Shown here piece by piece: positions 31,561 to 46,500 of a stretch of 64,000 nucleotides of DNA (positions are counted from its first letter, which is position 1; each line of letters opens with the position of its first letter). The notes beneath the pieces were generated by a model. That model was not told the DNA's origin. It saw nothing but the letters and a program-made list of their open reading frames with translations, and did not search any database. The DNA comes from Planctomyces sp. Its GTDB lineage: Bacteria > Planctomycetota > Planctomycetia > Planctomycetales > Planctomycetaceae. Position numbers and translations under genes: made by a program. The DNA lies in the NCBI GenBank assembly GCA_005798445.1, contig SYJG01000071.1, positions 3,452 to 67,451 of the forward strand. Direction: 5' to 3'.

Positions 31561-34500
31561 TCATAGGCGGTCAATCCAACTTGGTAGTCCGGCGAAGACG
31601 TCATCCAGCACAGTGTCATCGACTTGTCGATTGATCGTGTCCGAGGCGTCCTTTTGGAAGGCATCGGTGCCCGCGTTTCCCGTCAGGGTGTCGATGCCAT
31701 CCGCTCCAGGTAGATCGAGACGCGAGCCGCCAATCAGCGTGTCGTTGCCGACACCACCAAATAGCATGTCGTTTCCTCGGCCGCCAATCAAAATGACGGG
31801 GATCGAGGCCAAAGTCGCGTCGAGTTTGTTCGCGGTGTCGCCACCGATCAGAACGATCCGCTCGATGTTTGTTGGAGTATCGGTGCCCGTGATCGCCGAG
31901 ACGATCTTCGCGCCGGTGACGACGAAGTTCGTCGCGGCTTTCTCAAACACATCATCAAAGCCGCTGCCACCGTCCAGCACATCTGTGCCGGGGCCGCCGG
32001 AGATTACATCGTTGTCATCTCCGCCAAGCACGCTGTCCGCTTTCGATCCGCCCAACAAAGTGTCGTTACCTGCGTTACCCACCAGGCTGACGGGGATCGC
32101 TGACTTCCGAGCGTCGAACAGGTTGTCACCCGCTCCACCGGCGAGTAGGAGTTGCTCGATCCCCGCCCAGCGATCGATACCGAGATCCGGCGACGTCAAT
32201 TGTGATGTGGACGTCGTGTCGATCAGGATGTTGGTTTCGCCGAATTCATCGACTCGGTCGAGCGTTCCCGCGCGACCATCGAGCGTGTCGTTTCCGACTC
32301 CGCCACGTAGCGTGTCATTACCGCCGCCACCCGTCAGGATGTCGTTGCCCGCCAAGCCGTCGAAGCAGACGCGGCCCGCGAACGGATTGACGGTGGCCAC
32401 CGAGAGTTGGTCCGCTTCCGCAGTTCCCCACAGTTTGACCACCTCAATCGTGCTTGCTGTCAGATTGTCCGTTCCCAGGCCGATCACGAGAGCGGTGAGG
32501 CCGACCTGACCGATGCTGATGCCGGTTTCAGAGACCGTATCGATGCCGGCACCACCGTTGTAGATGTCATCGCCGAGTGCTCCTGTGAAGGAGTCGTCGC
32601 CATCCCCGCCAATGAATGAGTCGTTGCCCGAACCACCCAGCAGCGTGTCGTTGCCCGCTAGACCTTGCAGTGTCGTCTTGCCCGACCAGTTGCGTGCATC
32701 CATGCGGTTGTTGAATGTCGCGATGCCGCTCAAGAAGGCGTTCTCGATGCCGACGAGCGCACTGGTTCCCGTGCCGATGAACAACGTCCCGTTCGTCGCG
32801 TCACCACCGAGCGTGACGTTCAAGTCCGCGAACTCTTGCAGGAGATCGTTCGTGCCGATTCCACCGTCAAGCGTATTGTTGCCGATGCCTCCGCCGAGCA
32901 CGTCGTCGTCGCCGCCTCCGTTCAGAACATCGTTGCCGCTACCGCCCAACAGCGTGTCATTCTTCATTCCGCCCGAAAGTGTCACGTTGCCAGTAAACTT
33001 CGAGGCATCCAACTTGTTGGCCAGGACGTCGCCACCGGTCAGCGACGCTTCGTTGATGCTCGTCAGCGTGTCGATACCCAAACCGGCCAAGGTCGTGTCG
33101 GTCAATGTGATCAGCGGCACATCTCCGACTTCGATGAGCCGATCGGTTCCGCTTCCGCCGTCGAGAATGTCATTCCCCAGCCCGCCTGTCAGGAAGTCGT
33201 TGCCGATACCTCCCTGCAAATTGTCGGCGAGGACACCGCCCAGCAGTGTGTCGTCACCATCACCACCGACCAAAGAAACGGGCAGCGCGGACTTGCGAGC
33301 ATCAAACAGATTGTTGCCCGAGCCGCCGGTCAGTTGCACGAGTTCCACGCCGGACCATTGATCGGAACCCAGACCGGCAGAGATCAACGGTAGGGTTGTG
33401 GACGTGTCGATCACCACATCGGTGTCCGTCGTCTCTTCGACTCGATCCGTGCCGAGTCCGCCAATGAGCACATCGTCTCCCGCGCCACCGATCAGCGTGT
33501 CGTTGAGCGTGCCTCCGCTGAGTTGATCGCTCCCGTCCAAGCCGGCAAAGCAGACCGTTCCTTTGAAGGCGGTCGCACCCGTAGTGACAACCGACATCTG
33601 ATCGTTACCGGACGTTCCAACCAGCTTGACCACTTCAACTGTGTTCGCGATGAGCGAGTCCGTGCCAAGTCCAATCACCAACGCTGTGAGTCCAACACTG
33701 CCGATATTGATGCCAATTTCGCTGATGGTGTCTTTGTCAGCGCCGCCGTTGTAAGTGTCGTTGCCCAAGCCTCCCGTCAGCGAATCGAGTCCCGCTCCGC
33801 CATCAAGCGAATCGTTGCCAGAACCGCCCAGCAACGTGTCGTTGCCGGCCAGTCCTTGCAGTGTTGATCGGCCGGTCCAATTGCGAGCATCCATCACGTT
33901 GTGGAACGTACCAACGCCCGCCGTCAACTGAGCCTGTTCGATGCCGAGCAGCGAATTCGTGCCGACACCGTTCAGCGTCGCGGTGAATTCGTTGCCGCTG
34001 AGCACAAAGTTCACATCACCGATGTCTTGGACGATATCGTTCGCACCATCACCGCCATCGAGTGTGTTGCTCCCGATTCCGCCGTTGAGCAGATCGTCGT
34101 CGAGACCGCCGAAGAGTTGATCGTTGCCCTTCCCCCCAAGCAACGTGTCATTCTTCGATCCGCCAGACAGCGTGACCGGTCCGCTGAACTTCGACGCATC
34201 TAGCTTGTTCGCCAGAGTGTCGCCGCCGGTCAACGAGGCCTCCTCAATGTTCGAGAGTTTGTCCGCGCCGAGTCCGGCGAGGGTTGTGTCGGTCAACGTG
34301 ATCAACGCCACGTCACCGGTTTCAATTAACCGGTCGCGACCACCGACTCCGCCGTTGAGCAAGTCGTCTCCCAGACCGCCGGCGATCGTCTCATTGAAGT
34401 CGTCGGAGCCGGTGATCGTGTCGTTGCCTTTACCGCCGGACAGCGAAACTCGTTGCAGATGCGAGTACAGACTGGGTGAAAGACCGGTCAATTTGATGGA

Positions 34501-37500
34501 GTCAGCCGCCGTGCCACCGGAGATCGTCAACGATCCAATCAACGCCGGATCGACGTCAGGTTGCAGGACGCCACCGATCTTCACTTGCAGACGCCCGGCG
34601 ACGACGGTCGCGGTGACGACTTTGGCATCGGTCGAGGCATAGTGAACCGCGATCAGTGACGTGATCTGAAACACCTGCGCGGAACTGGTGTTGTTCCCGC
34701 CGTCATCGATACCGCCGCTGTCACGGACTCGCACGGTGACGACCGCCGATCCGGTCGCGCTGGACGCTATCGAATAACTCAGCGTCCCGGTCGGGGAGAT
34801 TTGCGGAACCGCCGAGAAATAGGCGTCGTTATCCGTCGTGACGACATACTCGATCAGACTCTGTCCCGCTTCGTCGGCCGGGCCTGTGCTGGCCGCGAGC
34901 ACCCAATTCAGAACGGTCTGTGGAGTCCCGGAAATTGCGGATTGATCCGCGCCTTTCGTGAAACTCGGCGCGTCATTCACGGGCGTCACCAGGATCGTGA
35001 ACGATTGCGGATCGCTCGTGTTCGCGCCACCCGCGTCGTCGTGCAGTCGCACAGTAACGGTCGCGGTTCCGTTCGCATTCTCGAACGTCGTGTACGTCAG
35101 CGTTCCATTCGCCGAGACCGCCGGCAACACGCTGAAGAGTGAGTCATTATTTGTGGAGACGAGGAAATTCAACGCTTGAGCAGTCTCATCGGCGGGACCG
35201 GCGCTGATTCCCGTCGCCCAGTTCGTCACGGTTCGTGATCCCGCGTCTTCCAGAATGATTTGATTCGCGCCGACGGTAAAGCTCGGCACGTCGTTGACCG
35301 CATTCACGGTGATGTTGAAAGTCTGCGGCGAGCTTAGATCGACTCCCCCATTGCTGCTCCCGCCGTTGTCGTGAATCCGAACGGTGATCACGGCCAAGCC
35401 GTTCGCATTCGGGGCGGGCGTAAAGGTCAAGGTTCCATTCGCGGCGACCATCGGCAGCGTGCTGAAGAACGAGTCGTTATTCGTGGTCACGACGAAATCG
35501 ACGGATTGTCCCGCCTCATTTGCCGGTCCGGTACTGATGGCCGTCGCCCAGTTCGGCACGCTCTGCGAACCCGCATCTTCGTCGACCATTTGGCTGGAAC
35601 CAGCGGCGAAACTGGGAGCGTCATTGACGGCATCCACATGGACGATGAATGACGTCGATCGAACGACACCTCCTTCATCCTCGACGGTGATCGTCACCAT
35701 CGTCTCGCCAAATTGATCCGCGACCGGACGCAGCGTCAGCAGACGATCCGAGCCAGTTCCTTCCAAGCCGATCACGGACTGGGGTATCAAGGCGGTGTTG
35801 GACGACGTCGCGCTGACCAACAGCGAACCGGCGGGAGTGTCTCGGTCATTGACCGTCACGGGCAGCGTGATGCGCGTTGTGTCTTCATCGACGAAGACAT
35901 CCGCGATGCTCGAAATTGTTGGAGCCTCATTCGCTTCGATGATGCTCAGCATCACCGTGGCCACGTTCGAGTTCAACGCTCCATCATTGGCCGTGTAAGT
36001 GAATGAGTCCGGGCCGATGTAGTCGGTGAACGGCGAGTAGTCGAATGTGCCGTTGCCGCGCAGCATCAACAAGCCGTGAGCCGGTCCAGTGACCAGCACG
36101 GCGGACAAAGACGTGTCGTCGAGATCGCTGTCATTCGTCAAAACGCTCGTCGCGGACAGCAGCGTGTTTTGAGTCGCTGTGAAGTTGTTATTGGCGGCCA
36201 CCGGCGCGTCATTCGCGCCGGTGATCGCGACGACCAACGTCGCCGCGGAGGTCTCTCCCGCCGCGTCTCGAACGGTGTAATCAAAGGTTTCGCTCAGCGA
36301 GGTGCTGCTGGTCCGTAGCGCTTGGACGGAAGCATGGTCGTTGTTGACGACGTAGAAGAAGCTGCCGTCGGCGTTGAGCGACAGACTTCCGAAACTGCCC
36401 GGCAGGGGCGCACCAAGCGTTCCGGTGATCGCACCAAACGAGACCGCCGACACGGTCTTGGTATCTCCCGTATCGACATCGGTGTCGTTGCTCAACACGT
36501 TGCCTGTCGCATTGGATCCCAATGTCATGTTCGACACGCCTCCGGCTTCGACGGCGGTTGCCATGTCGGGGACGCCGGCGGGAGCATCATTCGTCCCCGA
36601 AACGCTGATCATCAACGATTCGGTCAGAAGATTGACACCTCCGTTCGCAATGCCTCCGCTATCTCGGATCTCAAACGTCACCAGGCCGGATCCGGTCGCG
36701 TCAGCCAGCGAACGGAGTTGGAAACCGCGCAATTCGGTCAGTGAATAATCCGTGTTCAGCAGAACGACGGTCGTGCCGTTGTTCAGCACGACGTCGCCGA
36801 CCGCCGACGGGAGCGCGGTGACTCGGTAAGTCAGCGTCTGAGCCGCTTCGTCGCTGCCGCCACCGGGGGCGTAATCGACCGCGCCGAGATTGAGCGTCGT
36901 CGCCGGCGCGTCTTCATTGACGAACAGATTGCCCAACGATCCCGCTGATCGTACAGGCGGGTCGTTGACGGCGGACACCGTCACTTGAAATGTCGTCGTC
37001 GTCGTCAGGTCATCCGTGTTGCCAAAGGTGTCGTCCACTCCGGCGTCTCGCACCGAGACGGTGATGTTTGCGATTCCCGATCGGTTGGCGGCGGGCGTAA
37101 GACGAAGGCTTCGATCCCCCGTGAGGCCCATGAGCATGAAGCTGTCGGCCGGAAAGAGAGTCGCGTTGTCCAACGAAACGACGCTGACTTGCAGTGATCC
37201 CGCCGCTGTTTCCAGATCGCCGACGGTGACCGCCAACGTGAGCGGTGTGTCTTCTCGAGTTTCCTGGTTCGCGACCGTTGAGACCGACGGTGCGTGATTG
37301 GGGTTGATGACACTGACGTCGTAGGTCCGTGATCCTTGCCCGCCCATGCCGCCGATGTCGTAGTCGAAGATCGTGACCACGGGCGCGTGCGTCGGGAACG
37401 TTGAGTAGCTGTAAGACACAGTAAATGATCGCGCCGCAGCGTCGATCGTTAGGGGCAAGACCGACCCGTCGCCGAAATCGACCTCGCCGCGCCACGGGTC

Positions 37501-40500
37501 GCTGCCCGGATCGGTGAATGTGCCACTGAGCGTGAATGGTTGCATCAGCCCGACCGACTGGCTTGGTGCTGGCAACAGCGTCGGTGCCACATTGACCACA
37601 TTGAGTTGCCGCGCCAGCCGCCCGACTCCGTCATCGCTGTCAGCCACGGTCAGATCGACGTCATACACCCCGTCATCCGTGGGTGTGAACGTGAATGATT
37701 CCTGAGTGCTGCTGGCGACAATGACTCCGTTGCGGCTGTTGACCCACGAGTAAGTAAACGTGTCGGCTCCCGGATCGATCGGCGGATCGCTGAGCGTGAT
37801 GAGCGTTCCTTCGTTGATCGGTTGCGAAACTCCGTTCGCGTCAAAGGTGGCACCATTGATCACCGGGGTTGGCGGAGCGTTGTAGATCGTCACGGCTGAA
37901 GTTGGCGACGATGTGACTCCCGCATCGTCATCGGAGACTCGAACGCGCGCGTTGTACGTCACGCCGTCGGCCGATCCGTTATTCAGGCCCAGCGAGCCGA
38001 GCTGTGTCCAGGTCAACGTCAAGCTGGAACCAGTCACGGTGCCAATTGACTCATCACCAAACATTCCGTCGCCATTCACGTCCCACGTCCGAGAGAGCGG
38101 ATCGCGCGCTCCCGCCGGATCAGTCGCTGACGACGTCAAAATGAGTGAGTCCCCTTCCGTCAGGAAGTACGGTCCACCGGCGGTCACATCTCGCGGAGCG
38201 ACGTTGTTGGCCGTAATCACCACGGTGTCGGAAGTGATGCCGCCGTCCGTATCGCGCACCGTCAGCGTGGCGGTGTAGGTGCCGTTGTCCGAGGCGACAA
38301 ACGAGAGGCTTGGCGTCGAGGCTGACGGAATGACGATTCCGTTCGAGGTCACGACGTCCCATTGGTAGGTCAATTTCAGAAGATCGGCTTCCGCATCCGT
38401 CGTCCTTGGCGACGAAAGCGTGACCATCGTGCCCTCGTCGATTGTCTGATCGTCTCCGACATCCACACGGCTCGGTGCCACGTTTGTGACGATGATGGAC
38501 TTGGAGTCCGTCACCGAAGCAGCATCCTTGTCTGTCACGCTCAGTTGAACGTCGTACGTGCCGTCGTCATCCGGGGTGAAGGTCAGCGAGGCGGTCGTTG
38601 CCGACGCGAAGACGAAAGCCGGTTGTCCCGCACGTCGCTTCGTCACGGTCCAGATTTGTGTCGGCGAATCGTTCGGGCCAGCATCGGCGACCGTGCTGGT
38701 CAGCGAGATTTCGATCCCTTCGGGACTGGAAGCGGGCGTTCCATTGATGGTCACTGTCGGTGCCAGATTGTTTGCCGTGACCAGAACCGTGTCGGTTGCG
38801 GCCGCTCCATCTTTGTCCGCCAGCGACAGCGTGACGATGTAACTCCCCTGATCGTTGGCCGTGAAACCGAAAGTCTGGCCATGCCCGTCGGCAATGGTCT
38901 GACCATTCGACGCCACGACATGCCAGGTGATCGACGTCGCGTTGAGCGCCGTGTCGGCCGCGACGGCGTCGGAATAGATCGTTGCCAAATCGAAGTTGAC
39001 GGTGGCTCCCTCATTGACCACACGATCGGCTCCAAGATTCACGGTCGGAGCCACATTGCTGACAACCAACTTGAGCGGGTCCGAATAGGTGCGATTCCCA
39101 TCGTCGGGATCGGTCGCGATCAGCGTCACCGTATAGGTTCCGTTGTCGGCGGGCGTGTAAGCCAGACTGCTCGTTGTTTGGCCGGCGAGCGGTAGCCCAT
39201 TCACCTGCCAGGCAAACGTCAGAGCACCACCGCCCGGATGCGGGTCGCGAATTATCGAGGTCAATGTGACCGACTGCCCTTCGGTGCCTCGGCGATCAAG
39301 GCCCAGATCGACCACGCGCGCTTCCGCGACGTAGGACTCCAACGTGCCATCGGAATTGAGACGAGCCGTGGCAAAGTCTCCGCTGCCGCCGGAGTTCGTG
39401 AAGCCGGTGACGACGATCTTGCCGTCGCTTTGCAGAGCCACGTCGATGGCCGCATCATCGCCGGAGCTGAAGGCGAATACCTGCTTGCCGTCGCTGTCGA
39501 AGGTGCTGTCCAAACCACCGTTCGAGTTGTATCGCGCCACAGCCAAATCGTAGTTCTCGCCGGCGCGGTAGCGTCCGACAACAATCAGCTTGCCATCGCT
39601 CCGCAAGACGCCGCTCGACGCGAAATCGTCCCCGGTCCCAAAGGCCGTCGTCTGTTTGCCGTCGCCATCGAGCGTCGTGTCCAGTACGCCGGTGGGCAAA
39701 TAACGGGCGATCGCGAAATCGTAATTCGTTCCATTCCAACTCGATCCCAGCACGATGAGTCTGCCATCGGTTTGAAGCAGCACTTCTTCCGCAATGTCGC
39801 GCGACGAGCCAAACGCGGTCGTCAGTTTTCCATCCAAATCGAAGGTGATGTCCAAGGCACCTGTCATGGTGAATCGCGCGACGGCGAAGTCGTCCGTGCC
39901 GTTCAATTCACTGAACCCGGCGACGACGATCTTGCCATCCGTTTGAATGGCCACGCTCGTGATGTAATCGTTGGTCGAACTGAAGGTGTTCGTCACTTTG
40001 CCATCCGTGTCGAAGGCCGTGTCGAGCGTTCCGTTCGTGTTGAATCGAGCCAATGCGAAGTCGTAGTTCGTTCCATTCCAAGTGCTCCCGGCGACGACCA
40101 GCTTCCCGTCCGTTTGGAGCGCCAGGCTTGCGGCAAAATCGTCGGAGCTACCAAACGGAGTCGTCACCTTTCCACCCGAACCAAAGGACGTATCGAGTTG
40201 GCCGTCGATACCGTACCGGGCGAGTGCGAAGTCGTAGTTCACGCCATTCCAACTGCGACCCGCAACCACGCTCTTGCCATCGCTCTGAATGACCACACCA
40301 CCCAGCTTGAATCTCGGATTGGTCGAAGCTCCCGGCAAGACGTGCAGTTCGGTTCCGAACGATTCTGATTTTGCCGTGAAGAACAGCGAGCCGTTGACGT
40401 TGACCAGGTTGCTGGACGACGAACTGCCGGCACCGATATTGAAATCCTGAACGAGAACGGTGCCGTCCGGCGTTCCGTTGCTCTTCCACAGTTCAATGCC

Positions 40501-43500
40501 GTTCGCCCCGTTGTTCGCGGCGAAGTAAAGAGTTCCGTTGATGTTGATCAGGTTGCTCGGCGACGAACTGTTGCCGAGCACTGTGTCGATATCCTTGACA
40601 AGCGAAGTGCCGCCAAGCGTCCCGTCGCTCTTCCACAACTCGACGCCATTCGTGCCGTCATTCGCCGTGAAGAACAGTGTTCCATTCAGGTTTGTCAAAT
40701 TGTCTGGCGCGGAACTGCCGACCACTCGGATGTCTTTCACCGGCACGGTGCCATTGAGCGTGCCATCGCTTTTCCACAACTCGTTGTCGCCCGCCGAATC
40801 CGTTGCCGTGAAGAACAGTGTCCCATTGACGTTGGTCAGCTTGTTGGGAACGGAACTCAGTTGGCCGCCGTAGTAGCTACTCCCCGGACGAATATTCTTG
40901 ACGAGCACGGTGCCATTGAGCGTGCCGTCGCTCTTCCACAGCTCGGTGTCGCCGGTTGAGTCTGTTGCCGAAAAGAACAGTGTGCCGTTGACGTTGGTCA
41001 GTCGGCTGGGGTTCGATCCAAGTGGTCCGGAGTATCCAATTCCCGGACGAATGTCCTTGACGAGCACGGTGCCGCCGAGCGTGCCATCGCTCTTCCATAA
41101 CTCGATGCCATTCGTGCCATCGTTGGCCGTGAAGAGCAGCGATCCATTGACGTTTGTCAGATTGCTGGGCGACGAACTGGCACCGAATGTCGAATTGATG
41201 TTCTTGACGAGCACGGTGCCGCCGAGCGTCCCATCGCTCTTCCACAACTCAGTGCCGTAGAGCCCGTGATTGGCCGTGAAGAACAGCGTTCCGTTGATGT
41301 TGGTCAGGTTGTTCGGTGACGAACTAAACGGCCCACCAATGTAAAAGTCTAAAAAGATATTCTTGACGAGGATGGTGCCGTTTTGCGTCCCATCGCTCTT
41401 CCACAGCTCGACACCATTGGTCCCGTTGTCGGCCGCAAAGAACAGCGTGCCGTTGATGTTGGTCAGGTTGCTCGGTGACGAACTCCCCCCCGCGCGTATA
41501 TCCTTCACGCGAACAGTTCCCGCAGCCGTGCCGTCGCTCTTCCACAATTCGACATCGCCCGTGCCGTCGTTGGCCGCGAAGAACAGCGTGCCGTTGACGT
41601 TGACCGGATTGCTCGGCGACGCGCTGTTGGTTCCCGCGTTGATGTCCTTGAGAAGCAGCGTGTTGGCAGTCGTGCCGTCGCTCTTCCACAGTTCGGGACC
41701 GTTCGTGCCGTCATTCGCTTGGAAGAGCAGCGTGCCGTTGAAATTCGCCAGATTGTTCGGCGACGAGCCGCTTGCCTCGGCCGTGTTGATGTTCTTGACC
41801 AGAGCAGTGCCCGCGCCGTTGGGGATTCCGTCGCTTTTCCACAATTCGACGCCGTTGGTTCCGTCGTTCGCCGTGAAGAACAGCGTGCCGTTGATATTCG
41901 TCAGATTGCTCGGTTGCGAGCCAAATCCATACGAGCCGTAATACGAAGAGTAAGAGGCTTGGTTGATGTTCTTGACGAGCACGGTGCCACTCAGAGAGCC
42001 GTCACTCTTCCATAGTTCTGCGCCATTGGCCAATTCGAAGGCGCTAAAGAACAGCGTGCCATTGACATTCGTCAAACTGCTGGGGAAAGAACTGGCCGCG
42101 CCTCCGCTGATGTTCTTGACGAGACTGGTCGTCGTGCCGTCGCTTTTCCACAGTTCGATGCCGTTGCTGCCATCGTTGGCGCTGAAGAACAGCGTGCCAT
42201 TGACGTTGGTCAGATAGAGGGGATTCGAATTGGGCGCATTAGGGAAGATGTCATTGACGAGCACGGTTCCCGCGTCCTGGCCGTTCGACTTCCACAATTC
42301 GACCCCTTTAGCTCCATCATTTGCGGTGAAAAAGAGCACTCCGTTGACGTTGGTCAGATTGCCGGGATATGAGCCGGGAATCCCGCTGCGAATATCCCTC
42401 ACGATCACTGTATCCCCAGCCAAGCCGTTGCTCTTCCACAACTCGTACCCCTTCGTGCCGTCCGTGGCCGTGAAGAACAACGTGCCGTTGACGTCGGTCA
42501 GATTGTTGGGATTCGAGCCATACGCAAACGATCCACCATACCCGGAATAGACAGCCGGATTGATGTTCTTGACCAGAACGGTTCCGCTGAGCGTGCCGTC
42601 GCTCTTCCACAACTCCATGCCATTGGTCGGTTCATTGGCGATGAAGAACAACAGGCCATTCACGTTGGTCAATTTATTCAGAAAAGAACTTTCCGCTCCC
42701 GGGAAGATGTCTTTGACGAGGACAGTTCCCGCCGCCGTGCCATCGCTCTTCCACAATTCGTCCCCATTGACCCCGTCAGTCGCCCGGAAGAACAGCGTGC
42801 CGTTGACGTTGGTCAGACTGGACGGTGATGAATTGCCCGGTCCTGGGAAGATATCTTTCACCAGGACGTTGCCACCGACTGTGCCATCGGTCTTCCATAG
42901 TTCCCTACCAGAGGCCGACGAGGTGGCCACGAAATAGGAGATGGCTCCCACTTGAACGAACGAAACCGGCGACGAGTCGGCCGTGTTCGGCACCGTGTTG
43001 AGATCCCGGATCGGATGAGCTTCCGCGGAACTGGTTGCGAAAGTCGTCGTGACTTTCCCGTCGCTGTCGAATGTCGGATCGAGCGTCGTGGTGGCGTCGT
43101 ATCTCGCGATCGCGAATCCGTCGCTGCCGCCAATCCCCGTGGCACCCGCGATGACGATCCTGCCATTCGTTTGAACGGCGACGCCGAAGGCCGATTCGTC
43201 CGTCGAGCCGAAATCGGTTGTGAGATGCAGGTGCAACGCCGTCACGCCAAAACCTGACGCAAAACTGCTGACTTGAGCAGCAGCGGTGAAGTCGTAGTAG
43301 CCGACGGCATCTGTCATCGAAGCTGGCTCAATGCCATTGCGGACTCCGTCGCCATTCAAATCGTCGAACACGTAGCGCCCTTCGATGCCCGGTTCAGTGC
43401 TTTCGACCAGAGCATCACCATCCAAGTCCATCACCACTCGCCCGGTGAGGACATCGGTCCCCACGGCGACATGAAATGTCTGCGTCGCCGTGCGGCCGAA

Positions 43501-46500
43501 CGGCGGAGCGAACGGACTGAGGTCGTCGTGCGCCGTTACCATCACGCGCGCTGTGCCCGTGAAGCCACCGATGGGTGTCACCGTCAACTGCTGGCCTTGA
43601 ATCCGCGTCAACAAGCCGGCCTCGCTGACGATCAACGGCGTGTCCGGTGTGTACTGCGCCGCGGGTCGAGAATCTTCCCCGCCACCCACGGGGTCGCCCA
43701 ACGTGCCGTGGTAATGTCCGGTCAGATCGGTCACGACGGTGCCGTTCGGAGCATCGAACGTGTAGTAAGCCACCAATCCCGATTCCGTTCCACTCAATCG
43801 ACGTTGCCAATTTGACTGAATCTCCGTCGCGGAAAGAGCGCGGTTCCAGAACCGCAACTCATCAAGCTGACCGTACAATGCTTCGCCGCTGAAGTAGTCT
43901 CCCCCCGGAAAGTCCTGATCTTGTCCGATCGCAAGTCCGGTGACGGACAGCGGGCTGTTTGGGCTGACCGCGCTAGAGGCCAGGACTCCATCCACATACA
44001 GACGGATGCCGTCCTCCGCGCCACGGACCACGGCGACATGATGCCAATTGCTGTCGGTCAAATTTTTGTTGGCGAAGAGCACCACGTCATTGCCGTGGTC
44101 ATCAATGACAACTTCTGTTCCTAGTACGCTAATCACAAATTCGTTGGGGCTATCCTCGTTGGTCATTGATACGACGACCTGCTCGTCCGGCCTGGATTCA
44201 GATTTCAGCCAAAATTCCGTCGTCAGATTCTGAGCCAGATGAGCCACCGCCGGCGGCAGCACGACGACTTGGTCGGTGAAGTTCAACGCCTGCGTCGAAA
44301 CGTTGACCGCTTCATGATCGCTGGTCGCCGTCAACGCCGAGGTGTAGGTCGAGATCGACAAGACCGGGAGATTCTCGCTGGTCAAAACGGGAGAAAGACC
44401 CGCTCCGTTGTTAAACGTGATCGGCACGGGGCTGGCCGTGAGATCCGACAAGCCAGCGGCGCTCACTTCATCAATGGGCCAATAACCGATGAGATTGCCT
44501 TCCGCTCCGGTCAAACGGCGCGAACGATTGTCTGCGATTTGCTGCGGAGTTCGGGCACTGCTCCAGACTCGCAGTTCATCCAGCGCTCCGATTGCAAACT
44601 TATCGCTCGCCCCGGGCCCAAAGCCGTAACCCAGGTACAGATTCGTACCCGATGTGCTCGCGATGTCTTGGTTGAACGCGGTCGAAAGCACCGCTTTCCC
44701 ATCCACGACAAACTGAAGCTGATTTGCCGAGCGGCTATAGCTCACCGCGATGTGATGCCACTCGCCCAGCGCTGGAACATATCCACTGGAAACAATGGTC
44801 TTACTTCCGAAAACCGCCTCGTTGAAGAATTCCAACCCCGTTGTCTTGTTGATGCGGACAGCCCAACCCAGATGAGTGGCGAAATTCCACTTTTCAAACA
44901 CCGGGAAGTCATCCGAACTCCAAGCGTCGATCCGAGTCCAGGCTTCCAAGGTCAGCGTGTCTGATGACGCGAGCACATCAAACTTCGCGGCGTTATTGAC
45001 ACTGGCAATGTCTGTGGTGAAGTCCAACTGCGCGAGATGTCCTGATGGGTCAGTCGGACGATCGGTGAGATTCACCACCAGCGGCTGATTGGCTGTGGTC
45101 GTCTGTGTGGCAAGCTGGCTCCCAAACGTTGGCCGGTCGGAACTGGTGTCAAAGGCCACAGCGGTTATCGGATTGTTGATCAGGCGACCAACGCCGTTCA
45201 CATCGCGGCTGAGGAATACTTCGTGCGCCGCGTTGTTCAACGGGTTGCCTGTCAGATCGACCGCGACCAGATTCGGGAACGGAGGTGCGTCTCTTCTTAC
45301 CAACCGCACCGCATCGGCCGCGACCGTCCCATCGCTGGAGACGTGCAGTGTCACCGTGATCGTTCCATTGTTGATCGACGTCGTCACGATCGTCCTCAGA
45401 TTCTGCCAGGACTTGCCATCAAACATGGTTCCGACGGGAGCGAACCGCTGATCCAGTGAAATCGGCGACGTCGCGCCGACCGGCGTTGGAGAGACATCCA
45501 AGATCGCCGCCGCCGAGCGAGAATCATGCTGCGGCCAAGTCATCTCCACGTCATAGATTCCCGCCAGCAAACCGGAGAACGTCCACGAAATTGTGTCCGT
45601 GCTCGTGCCAGGCGCGTGCAGGCGATAGTCGCCATCGAACGCAACCATGTTCGTGTCGCCGAGCCAGCCAGTCCCCGACTCCGAATAGCCCGCGTCTCCG
45701 TTGTCGATCAACCGCACGTTCGTCAGCGTTTGAATGTCGCCGACATGGTTGTTGTCGAGATTCAACTGCTCGAGTTTGCTCATTCCGGCGACTGGCGAGA
45801 TATCGCCGACATGATTGTTCGCCAGGCTCAGCACTTCCAATTGGGTCAATGGGCGCAGCCCCGCAATGGACTCCAACCCGCCTCCGGCATTCAGCCGAGT
45901 CACCGCGAAGTCGGCATTGCCACTGAGAGTGAACGAGTTGCCGACCAGCACATATTTCCCATCCGATTGAAGCGCCACACTGCTTCGGGCTTCCTCGGAG
46001 TTATTGGCGACGGAAACAACGAGCTTCCCATCGCCGTCGAACTTGGAATCAAGGCTGCCATCGGAATTGAGCCGCACAATCGCGACGTCTCCGCTGTCGA
46101 AGCCTTCGTTGTACGACGTTCCCCCCAGTACCAGCTTGCCGTCGGGTTGCACCACGACACTGTAGGCGATGTCGGACTGCATCCGGACACCCAATGTCAA
46201 CTTGCCATTGCCGCTGAAGCTCGTGTCGAGAGTCCCATCTCCATTCAATCGGACCACGGCGAAGTCATCTTTCAGGCCGTTGTTCGACGAACCAGCCAAG
46301 ACCAGTTTCCCATCCTGCTGCAGCGCCAGACTGTAGGCCAAGTCCAAGCTGTTCCCGATTGGAATACCAAGCGTCCCGCCGATACCGAAACTCGTGTCGA
46401 GACTGCCATCGGAATTCAGTCGAGCGGTCGCGAAGTCGTTGTCCGACGAGCCCGCGACAACCAGCTTGCCATCCGGTTGCCGGACGACGCTGTTGGCGCG

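Noticed and set aside
40330-42960. Highly regular ~147-nt tandem periodicity, and the 141-nt periodicity at 52745-53820. I checked both as possible CRISPR or satellite arrays.
   Set aside because: The repeats are in-frame protein repeats (ELWxxDG units and propeller blades) within the giant ORF. There is no short-repeat plus unique-spacer organisation, and no cas genes are present.
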